Source: Patescibacteria group bacterium
Lineage (GTDB): Bacteria > Patescibacteriota > Patescibacteriia > JAXHNJ01
DNA: 64,000 nt
Direction: 5' to 3'
Assembly: GCA_034520665.1 (NCBI GenBank)
Contig: JAXHNJ010000001.1
Location: 66,579-130,578, forward strand
Part shown: piece by piece, positions 1 through 7,270 of the stretch
How positions within the stretch are numbered: position 1 is the stretch's first letter
Layout of the letters: each line of letters starts with the position of its first letter
Position numbers and translations under genes: made by a program
The notes under the pieces: model-generated
The model's database searches: none
Told to the model about the DNA's origin: nothing
What the model saw: only the letters and a program-made list of their open reading frames with translations

Positions 1-417
1 ATTTATTTTATCTCCCAGGTCCACTTTTTCTAAAAGAGACTGGGCTCTATGGCGGCAGCTCTTAGCGGCCTGAAGCATCATGGCCGGCAGCATCACATTT
101 TCTAGAGCGGTTAACTCGGCAATTAAAGCGTATTCCTGGAAAATATAGCCCAGCTGGGTCAATCTTAATTCACGTCTTTTCTTAGAGGACATTTTAACCA
201 TTTCCTGAGTATTCAGATATATTTCTCCTTTATCCGGCCGGTCAACCAAAGCCAGCTGCCGCATTAAAGTAGATTTGCCAGAGCCATTACGGCCGCAAAT
301 AATTAAAAAATCACCCTGATTTACGGTGAGGGAAATATTTTTTAAAGCCGGTACTTTAACTTCTCCAAGATGATAAGTCTTAGAAATATTATTAACTTTG
401 ATTAAAGTTTTAGACAT
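1..417 (-). CDS. ABC transporter ATP-binding protein (LolD/MacB-like), 3' end outside window
   Basis: Manual translation MSKTLIKVNNISKTYHLGEVKVPALKNISL..GRNGSGKST (Walker A)..LGYIFQEYALIAELTALENV. Confidence 0.9.
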   Translation of the reverse strand, partial: MSKTLIKVNNISKTYHLGEVKVPALKNISLTVNQGDFLIICGRNGSGKSTLMRQLALVDRPDKGEIYLNTQEMVKMSSKKRRELRLTQLGYIFQEYALIAELTALENVMLPAMMLQAAKSCRHRAQSLLEKVDLGDKIN

Positions 418-470
418 AAAAAAACAGAGCTAGTAGCCTTATTATAGGCTTAATAAAAGGCAAAGTCAAT

Positions 471-1163
471 TTAAATTCTAATTAAAGAATTTTTAGAAAA
501 AGGAAATTCAATATTTTTATTAATCTTTTTATAGATAAATTCAGGTACGCCAATATCAGCCAGAAAGATCTTACCAGAATATTCTTGGCCCATTTCAGTT
601 TTAAAAGCTTTTTTAGCCAGACCTAAAGAAAGTGTAGCAAAAGCTTGCACAGTTGGCTGATAGGCTCGGCCTTCAACTGATAGTCCCGAAGGGATATCAT
701 AGGCAATAATATTATTTTTTGACTGATTCATTAAATTTATTAACTCGGCGAAATTATCACGGGGAGCCCCTTTCAGATGATAGCCAATCAGTCCGTCAAT
801 GAGAATATCAGCTTTTTTAATTTTGTTTTTAGCGGTATTTTTATTAAAAAGTGAAATGGGCACTTTCATTTTCTTTAATAAATTCAAATGATCTTGGGCC
901 GCTGAACTGACCTTTTTTGAAATCAATATAATTTCTCCCTTAAAGCCGTGATTAATAAGATGGCGGGAAGCACCAAGTACGTCGCCACCTTTATTGCCTT
1001 TACCAATGACGCTTAAAAATTTTTGATTTTTTTTGATTTTAAGTCGGCTAAATAAATCTAAAATATGAAAACCAGCTAGCTCCATCATTTGCTGAGTTTT
1101 CAGGCCGTGCTTGACAGCTAAAGCATCAAGTTTTTCCAAATCTTTTTCCAAAGCATAATACAT
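471..1163 (-). CDS. nnrE: NAD(P)H-hydrate epimerase (YjeF N-terminal domain)
   Basis: MELAG, GKGNKGGD, IDGLIGY, YDIPSG, LADIGVP motifs. Confidence 0.9.
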   Translation of the reverse strand: MYYALEKDLEKLDALAVKHGLKTQQMMELAGFHILDLFSRLKIKKNQKFLSVIGKGNKGGDVLGASRHLINHGFKGEIILISKKVSSAAQDHLNLLKKMKVPISLFNKNTAKNKIKKADILIDGLIGYHLKGAPRDNFAELINLMNQSKNNIIAYDIPSGLSVEGRAYQPTVQAFATLSLGLAKKAFKTEMGQEYSGKIFLADIGVPEFIYKKINKNIEFPFSKNSLIRI

Positions 1164-1180
1164 ATTATTATCATATCAAT

Positions 1181-1212
1181 AAAACCCCGCCTTTAGTTAA
1201 GGGCCGGGTTTT
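1181..1212 (-). terminator. Intrinsic terminator-like hairpin (possibly bidirectional)
   Basis: aaaaccccgcc-tttagttaa-gggccgggtttt, just downstream of the micro-ORF at 1220-1264. Confidence 0.55.
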
Positions 1213-1219
1213 ATTACTT

Positions 1220-1264
1220 TTATGAGCAGCCGCCACAGCCGCCGCAAGGAGGATCTAATTTCAT
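1220..1264 (-). CDS. Putative 14-aa Cys/Gly micropeptide MKLDPPCGGCGGCS
   Basis: GC-rich ATG..TAA frame in AT-rich spacer, followed by a terminator. Confidence 0.4.
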   Translation of the reverse strand: MKLDPPCGGCGGCS

Positions 1265-1461
1265 AGTATATTTTTATTAATTATTAATCTTAGTTTTTAA
1301 GATAGCAGAAATTTTTATTGAAAGCAAATTGGTCATTTATAGTAATAATTATTTTAAAAACAATATTTGACCATTATTTATGTTTTTGTTAATGTTAGAA
1401 GCTATCTTATGCTTAAATGATGCTCTTTATTATATAAAAAATTTTTTCAGGGAGGAAACAG

Positions 1462-1710
1462 ATGAGTCTGAAGATTAGCTGGCAAAACTGGTTTATGGCT
1501 ATAAACAATAGCCATCTAAGCCCTAATGACAAGAAATTTTTAAGAGGAGTAATTGGCGGTTATATCAATCGTGAAGACGGACGTTATCCGGAAATTAGTG
1601 AGGAGGAATTTCGCCAGCTGTGCCAGGAAGTCGGGTCAATAAATTTAGGCACTTTTAATATGCGCCTAGCTCTTGAAAAAGGTCGTCTAGTTTTGCAAAA
1701 AGTAAACTAA
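1462..1710 (+). CDS. Hypothetical protein (82 aa)
   Basis: SD GGAGG upstream, terminator downstream. Confidence 0.75.
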   Translation: MSLKISWQNWFMAINNSHLSPNDKKFLRGVIGGYINREDGRYPEISEEEFRQLCQEVGSINLGTFNMRLALEKGRLVLQKVN

Positions 1711-1727
1711 TAGAAAAATCAGAATAT

Positions 1728-1762
1728 ATCCTACTGCTGATTATAGGTGGTAGGATTTTTTT
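1728..1762 (+). terminator. Intrinsic terminator
   Basis: atcctact...ggtaggat followed by T-run. Confidence 0.6.
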
Positions 1763-1874
1763 ATTTAGAATAATTTTGATTATATCGGGGAATATTGTCC
1801 AAATATAGAATTTATAAAAAGCCCGTAATGTATATATCTATTCGTTATTTTAAATTATAGATCTAATTTTGTTA

Positions 1875-1902
1875 TTTACAAACTAATAAATTTTGATATA
1901 CT
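1875..1902 (+). promoter_or_regulatory. Sigma70 promoter of the tRNA-Pro locus
   Basis: TTTACA-16 bp-TATACT with extended -10 TG, about 20 bp before 1924. Confidence 0.55.
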
Positions 1903-1923
1903 AAGAAAGTTAAATAGACTTTT

Positions 1924-2288
1924 CGGGGTATGGCGCAGTTGTCCCGAAGTTATCGAAATCTTTGATTTCGTCATAACTTCGAGAATCCTCGTCCTACCAC
2001 AAAGTGGCAAGGACGGGAGCTAGCGCGTACGCATAAGGTGCCTGCCCGCCTTGACTGCCGGGGATTAGCTCAGTTGGCTAGAGCGCGCGCATGGGGTGCG
2101 TGAGGTCGCCCGTTCAAGTCGGGTATCCCCGATAGTCAAGGCTGTCGGGCGGGCGTGAGGTCGCCTGTTCAAGCTTGCCCCGTACCTGACGACTCTGAGC
2201 GAAGTCGAAGAGAAGTCATGGTTCGGGGTCTGGCCTGCCCGCTGAAGCCCGCAGTAAAACAAAGGGCGAAAGCGGGCTACCCCGACCA
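1924..2288 (+). pseudogene. Outer tRNA-Pro-type gene split by four structured insertions (anticodon now AAG); pseudogene or spliced tRNA
   Basis: Pieces 1924-1941, 2019-2040, 2154-2173, 2229-2233 and 2277-2288 join into a 77-nt cloverleaf ending ACCA. Confidence 0.8.
2059..2132 (+). tRNA. tRNA-Pro(GGG), intact, nested inside the outer tRNA; no encoded CCA
   Basis: CGGGGAT/ATCCCCG acceptor, GCTC/GAGC D-stem, CGCGC-ATGGGGT-GCGTG anticodon arm, GCCCG-TTCAAGT-CGGGT T-arm, A73. Confidence 0.95.
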
Positions 2289-2410
2289 CAGTTTATCTGA
2301 CTAACGTGCGCTTGTCCCGATTTCTCTATACGACAAAAGTGTTTGGATGGTAATTGATGTTGTTGTTATTGGGTTTTTAATAGGATTAATAATTAAATTT
2401 AGAAAATAAT

Positions 2411-3475
2411 ATGTTTTGTGAACAATGTGGAAAACAAATATCTGAAGCGGGAAAATATTGTCGCTATTGTGGCCATAAAACACAAGAATTAAAACAAGAA
2501 GTTAGTGTTGATAAACAAAAAGATGAAATATCAAAACAAAAACAAAAGATTGATAATATTAAATATGCGGGATTTTGGATTAGATTTTTTGCGTACCTAA
2601 TTGATGGCTTTGTTATTTTGGTATTATTGGCTGTTTTGTACTTAATATTACCGAAAATTTTTGATGATTATACTCTTTTTATAATCCTTTATATATTTTT
2701 AATTTGGGCGTATTTTATTTATTTTGAAGGCAAAAGTGGTTCAACAATAGGAAAAAAGTTACTAGGGATTAAAGTGCTCTCTAAGGATTTAAAACCGATT
2801 AATTATAATATTGCGTTCATACGAACATTAGGGAAAATTCCATCAAGTATATTATTTTTAGGTTATATTGCCATTGCCTTAAACAAAAACAAATTGGGTT
2901 GGCACGATAAAATTGCCAAGACAGTAGTTATTTATGAAAGAAAAAAGGCAAAGAGTAAAAAATTTGAGGATAAAAAAGTAAAGAATAAGAAAAATACAAA
3001 AAAATCTACTAGCACTATTATTGCCACAAGAATTCTTTATAGTGTACTTATCTTACTTTTATTATTTTTATCAATCCTTGGAGCAATAGGAGCATTTACA
3101 GAGAAAGGGAACGGTAATCAAAATTCAAATAAAACATCAATTACAAATAGAGTGATTAATCCTATGCCCGACCATTTAATAATAATGGATCCCCTTTTTA
3201 AAATAGATAGCTCTGGGGAATATCAGTGCAAAAGGTTCGGTGAAATTGGCTTTATGCCTGAGGATTATTTAGCAGAAAAAGAAATTGAAATTAGAGGATA
3301 TTTTGCGGGGACGTCATTAAGCGTTAATGATATAGATATAGAGTTAAAAGGTACAAAATTTGACACAAATATAGAGTTTGATTTTAAGTCAGGGAAAAAT
3401 AGATTGATATTTAAAGGTATATACCCAACAGGGAGAGAAGAAATAAGAGAATGTTATATGGAATATAGACCCTAA
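2411..3475 (+). CDS. Zinc-ribbon plus RDD-family membrane protein
   Basis: N-terminal CEQCG..CRYCG; YAGFWIRFFAYLID, TIGKKLLGIKV, GWHDKIAKTVV. Confidence 0.9.
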   Translation: MFCEQCGKQISEAGKYCRYCGHKTQELKQEVSVDKQKDEISKQKQKIDNIKYAGFWIRFFAYLIDGFVILVLLAVLYLILPKIFDDYTLFIILYIFLIWAYFIYFEGKSGSTIGKKLLGIKVLSKDLKPINYNIAFIRTLGKIPSSILFLGYIAIALNKNKLGWHDKIAKTVVIYERKKAKSKKFEDKKVKNKKNTKKSTSTIIATRILYSVLILLLLFLSILGAIGAFTEKGNGNQNSNKTSITNRVINPMPDHLIIMDPLFKIDSSGEYQCKRFGEIGFMPEDYLAEKEIEIRGYFAGTSLSVNDIDIELKGTKFDTNIEFDFKSGKNRLIFKGIYPTGREEIRECYMEYRP

Positions 3476-3667
3476 ATTGTAAAAATACTTATACTTGCGT
3501 TAAAATTTAATCTATAACAAAGAAAAGAGAAAAATCCTAAGAAAAATATTGCCCGAAATGTATGAAGAATAAGACAGTTAGGATTGACAAATGTACTGTA
3601 AAAAATGTGGCGCTAAACTTATGCTGGTAGATTAGTCAAATGGCATAAGAATTTAATTTTAAAAAGT

Positions 3668-4222
3668 ATGAAGATATTAGAATCAATAAAGCAGGATGAA
3701 GTTTGGGAGCATTGGTTTAAAATAGAAAAGCCTAAAGAATATAAAAAAATCATTGATAATGGTGATAACACTGAATTAAAGAAAGAGATTAGATGTTGGC
3801 GTTGCGATATTAAGTCTTTACTCCCCACAAATATTAAATGGTCTAAAGCTAAATTAGAAAATAATGATATAGAAAAAATTTTTATCATTTCTTCAAGCGA
3901 CTGGAGATTAGATAAGCTATGTATACCAGACTATAAATTAACATCAGCTATTATAAATTACAGAAAAAAGTTCTCCACAGCAGGTAAGTTTAAAAATATC
4001 CATGAAAAAGAAAATCTTTTTTTGTCTAGCCCTAATGTACTTGACACAAAGTTAATTTTTATTTCGGAAAAAATAAGCGGACTATTTACTATAATAGAGG
4101 GCAACAAAAGAGCTGTTGCGTTAGGTAAACTTGATAAAATGAAAGGTTTAGAAATTTTTTTAGGGATTTCACCGGAAATAAAAGATTCTACTTGGGCGAG
4201 GTATTCATATAATATTAAGTGA
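3668..4222 (+). CDS. Hypothetical protein, weak ParB/Srx-like motif
   Basis: 184-aa ORF; IIEGNKRAVAL resembles the (D/E)GxxR motif. Confidence 0.7.
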   Translation: MKILESIKQDEVWEHWFKIEKPKEYKKIIDNGDNTELKKEIRCWRCDIKSLLPTNIKWSKAKLENNDIEKIFIISSSDWRLDKLCIPDYKLTSAIINYRKKFSTAGKFKNIHEKENLFLSSPNVLDTKLIFISEKISGLFTIIEGNKRAVALGKLDKMKGLEIFLGISPEIKDSTWARYSYNIK

Positions 4223-4236
4223 TTATAATTAACATA

Positions 4237-4771
4237 ATGAATGAGTTTAATAGAAAAGAAGTAAGTAAATTATTGTTCGATTGTCATCGGAGGCGCTGTA
4301 TTTGTCATTAGTTTTGTGGGATCAAGATGGAAACAGACCATATTGATTAGCATGCAGAACCACAAAATAATTCTATTGAGATGCAATTCTGGTTTATTTT
4401 GAGTGCCATGCCGAAATACATCTTTACAATAATAAACACCAAAGGGAAGAAAATTTTTACCTGAAGAATTAAAACAGCATAAAAAACAGTGGTTCAATAC
4501 ATACAAAAACTATCCTGAAATTTTTATTATTCCCATGCAGCATAGTGACATTGGACCATTACAAGCACTGCTCGATGAGCTAATGTTTAATAATAAAAAA
4601 AACAACTCAAATGAAATTGGATGTCCATTTGAGACAAAACAATTTGATCGCGTTTTGTCAGAAGGATACCTTTCAATATTACATGACGATTTATTCGATT
4701 CATTAATGGAGATATATCGGAAGGGCAGTCGCTCGAATGTCAGCGAAAATTCTCTTCAAAATAGGTTCTAA
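4237..4771 (+). pseudogene. HNH endonuclease pseudogene
   Basis: MNEFNRKEVSKLLFDCHRRRCICH*FCGIKMETDHID*..NSIE, frameshift, AILVYFECHAEIHLYNNKH, frameshift, KGRKFLPEELKQHKKQWF, continuing into ORF 4535-4771. Confidence 0.75.
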
Positions 4772-4862
4772 CCTCGTTCAATAATTGCGACCAAATTATT
4801 TATTAATAAAAAAACACTCTCATAATATTTTCGGAGCGTTTTTTAAATTTATTAAATAATAT

Positions 4863-5039
4863 TTACTTTTTCTCTTTGGCCTGATCTCTAATACAAGCAG
4901 CACAGGCTTTATATTTTTTGCCGTTTTTGATTAAAGTTTGCAAATTTATCTTTTGTAATCTTTTGGTGGCTATGTTAGAATGACTGCGCGAAATAGCTGT
5001 CTTAGCCGTCTTGCCGCAGATTTCACATTTTCTGGCCAT
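4863..5039 (-). CDS. rpmB: 50S ribosomal protein bL28 (not in ORF track)
   Basis: MARKCEICGK..ISRSHSNIATKRLQKINLQ..KACAACIR, 58 aa. Confidence 0.95.
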   Translation of the reverse strand: MARKCEICGKTAKTAISRSHSNIATKRLQKINLQTLIKNGKKYKACAACIRDQAKEKK

Positions 5040-5112
5040 GAGTCTGTTTACTTAATTTATTATAATAATTTAACTTAAATAAGTATAACATAATTTTTAT
5101 TTTTTTCAAGCG

Positions 5113-5742
5113 ATGATACTACAATTACTATTTTCCGAACCATTATTTTTCTTTATCTGGGTAGCCGCTATTATTGTCGGTATTACTATTCATGAGTTTG
5201 CTCATGCCTGGTCAGCCTATCTTTTAGGCGATCCGACGGCTAAAAATATGGGCCGGCTTTCTTTAAATCCCTTGGTTCATCTGGATCCTTTTGGGTTCCT
5301 CTTTTTATTAATTGCCGGCATTGGCTATGGCAAACCGGTTCCGGTTAACCCATATAATCTAAAGGATCAAAAAAAAGGAGAAATATTGGTTTCAGCGGCT
5401 GGTCCGGTTTCTAATCTGGTACAGATAGTCATTTTTGGCTTAGCTTTTCATTTTTTAGTCTCTCTTGGTCCCAACAACCTTTTAGTCAGTTTTTTAGTGG
5501 CTCTAATTTATATTAATATTATATTAATGGTTTTTAATTTAGTGCCTATTCCGCCCTTAGATGGGTCAAAAATACTGATGAATGTTTTACCCTCTTCAGC
5601 TGATAATTTTAAGCTTTGGCTGCAAAGGCGCGGACCTTTGGTGCTTTTTGGCCTGATAATTTTAGATAGAGTCCTTGGTTTGGGTATTTTTGCCGGAATT
5701 TTTAATTTTTTCATTAATTTAATATTTAGTGTTTTTGGATAG
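5113..5742 (+). CDS. Site-2 protease (peptidase M50)
   Basis: HEFAH and FNLVPIPPLDG motifs, multiple TMs. Confidence 0.92.
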   Translation: MILQLLFSEPLFFFIWVAAIIVGITIHEFAHAWSAYLLGDPTAKNMGRLSLNPLVHLDPFGFLFLLIAGIGYGKPVPVNPYNLKDQKKGEILVSAAGPVSNLVQIVIFGLAFHFLVSLGPNNLLVSFLVALIYINIILMVFNLVPIPPLDGSKILMNVLPSSADNFKLWLQRRGPLVLFGLIILDRVLGLGIFAGIFNFFINLIFSVFG

Positions 5743-5744
5743 TT

Positions 5745-5856
5745 TTTTGAGGACAAGAGGACAATAGATATAGAGACAATTGACATAAGGACATCGAACA
5801 ATAGGGTGTTGGATAGTTTAATTATCGACAAGCGCTAAGCAATTAGCTAAAAGCCG
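5745..5856. repeat. Degenerate 7-8 bp tandem repeat array
   Basis: gaggacaa gaggacaa..gagacaa ttgacat aaggacat; acaagc gctaagc aattagc taaaagc. Confidence 0.45.
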
Positions 5857-5863
5857 CCTTGAC

Positions 5864-5892
5864 TTGACATCTATTATATGATTTGATATATT
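5864..5892 (+). promoter_or_regulatory. Sigma70 promoter of the str operon
   Basis: TTGACA-17 bp-TATATT upstream of rpsL. Confidence 0.65.
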
Positions 5893-5968
5893 TTAAGCAA
5901 GGAATTCCTCGCTTTATAATAAGAGGATTTTTTAATAAAACAATTTATGCTAGAATTAAAGAAATAAA

Positions 5969-6391
5969 ATGCCCACAACCAATCAATTAATTAGAAAAGG
6001 AAGAAAATCCACCAAGAAAAAATCAAAAACGCCGGCTTTGCAGACGACTTTGAATGTGCTCAAAAGAAAAAGAAAAGAACTGAAAAAAGGAGCTCCTTTT
6101 AAAAGAGGCGTTTGTACTAAGGTAACTACAGTAACTCCCAAAAAACCGAACTCAGCCTTGCGTAAAATTGCCAGAGTCCGGCTTTCTAATGGTCAGGAAG
6201 TAACGGCCTATATACCGGGAGAAGGCCATAATCTACAGGAACACTCCATTGTGATGATACGCGGCGGCCGAGTTAAAGACTTGCCAGGCGTGCGCTATCA
6301 CGTAGTTAGGGGAAGATATGATACCTCGGGTGTGGAAGGCCGTCAGCAAAGTCGCAGCCACTACGGCACTAAAAAGGAGAAAAAAGCATGA
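5969..6391 (+). CDS. rpsL: 30S ribosomal protein uS12
   Basis: [22 protein letters not shown]. Confidence 0.99.
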   Translation: MPTTNQLIRKGRKSTKKKSKTPALQTTLNVLKRKRKELKKGAPFKRGVCTKVTTVTPKKPNSALRKIARVRLSNGQEVTAYIPGEGHNLQEHSIVMIRGGRVKDLPGVRYHVVRGRYDTSGVEGRQQSRSHYGTKKEKKA

Positions 6392-6858
6392 GAGCCAAAC
6401 AATTTCCCAAAAGAGACATCAAGCCTGACCCTAAGTTTAATAATGTTATTGTAGCTAAGTTTATAAACCAAATAATGCGTCGGGGTAAAAAATCCCTGGC
6501 TCAAAATTTAGTTTATAAGACTTTTGATATTATTTCAGAAAAAGAAAAGACAGATCCTTTGGAAGTTTTTGAAAAAGCTTTAAAAAATGTCTCACCAGTC
6601 TTAGAAGTTATTTCCAGACGCATTGGCGGGGCTAACTATCAGATTCCAATTGAAGTTCGCGGCGATCGTCGTATGACTTTAGCTATGCGCTGGATTATCA
6701 AAGCAGCTCAAAGTAAAAAAGGCAAACAAATGCCTGAAAAATTAGCTAGCGAATTGATTTTGGCGGCTAAAAAAGAAGGCAGTGCTATGTCTAAAAAAGA
6801 AGAAGTACACCGCATGGCTGAATCAAACCGCGCTTTTGCTCATTTTGGCCGCAGTTAA
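6388..6858 (+). CDS. rpsG: 30S ribosomal protein uS7
   Basis: [23 protein letters not shown]. Confidence 0.99.
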   Translation: MRAKQFPKRDIKPDPKFNNVIVAKFINQIMRRGKKSLAQNLVYKTFDIISEKEKTDPLEVFEKALKNVSPVLEVISRRIGGANYQIPIEVRGDRRMTLAMRWIIKAAQSKKGKQMPEKLASELILAAKKEGSAMSKKEEVHRMAESNRAFAHFGRS

Positions 6859-6886
6859 TTTTTAAATAATTAATTATAAAAAATAT

Positions 6887-7120
6887 ATGGGAAACGAATC
6901 CAGAGAAAATATAAGATTAGAAGGATTAATAGAATCAGCCAAAATGTTGGCCAAAAATTTTAATCAAAATGAGGTTAATCCACAAAATCTCCCCAAAGAA
7001 AGAAAAGTTTTAATAGAAAAACTAGAAGATGTAGTAGCTCAGATTGAAGAATTTGATGCTAAAGAAGTGCCAGAGTTAGCTAAAAATATTCTTGAAGAAG
7101 AAAAAAAGAGCCAAGAATAA
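6887..7120 (+). CDS. Hypothetical acidic helical protein inserted in the str operon
   Basis: 77-aa co-oriented ORF between rpsG and fusA. Confidence 0.65.
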   Translation: MGNESRENIRLEGLIESAKMLAKNFNQNEVNPQNLPKERKVLIEKLEDVVAQIEEFDAKEVPELAKNILEEEKKSQE

Positions 7121-7164
7121 GTAATATTATTTAATTAAACTAAATATTAATAATTTTTTAATTT

Positions 7165-7266
7165 ATGCCCAGAAAATATCCCCTAGAAAAAACTCGTAAT
7201 ATTGGTATTATTGCTCACCCTTCGGCGGAGCTCAGGATGACTAAAATCAAGAAAGGAGTTAATTAA
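7165..7266 (+). pseudogene. Duplicated fusA 5' stub ([18 protein letters not shown]) fused to a palindromic element; 33-aa ORF
   Basis: 7174-7205 identical to 7280-7311; diverges at CCCTTCGGCGGAGCTCAGGATGAC. Confidence 0.85.
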
Positions 7267-7270
7267 ATCT

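Noticed and set aside
2035-2037. Functional tRNA-Leu(AAG)
   Set aside because: Body is tRNA-Pro-type with a short variable loop and a T-stem mismatch; anticodon decay is the simpler reading unless splicing is shown.
1942-2276. Group I/II introns as the explanation for the tRNA inserts
   Set aside because: Inserts are 43-113 nt simple hairpins with no recognisable catalytic core.
2065-2289. 74-aa minus-strand ORF
   Set aside because: Antisense to the tRNA-Pro locus; open only because the DNA is GC-rich and structured.
4270-4506. 78-aa minus-strand ORF and separate 4535-4771 ORF
   Set aside because: Shadow and C-terminal fragment of the HNH pseudogene.
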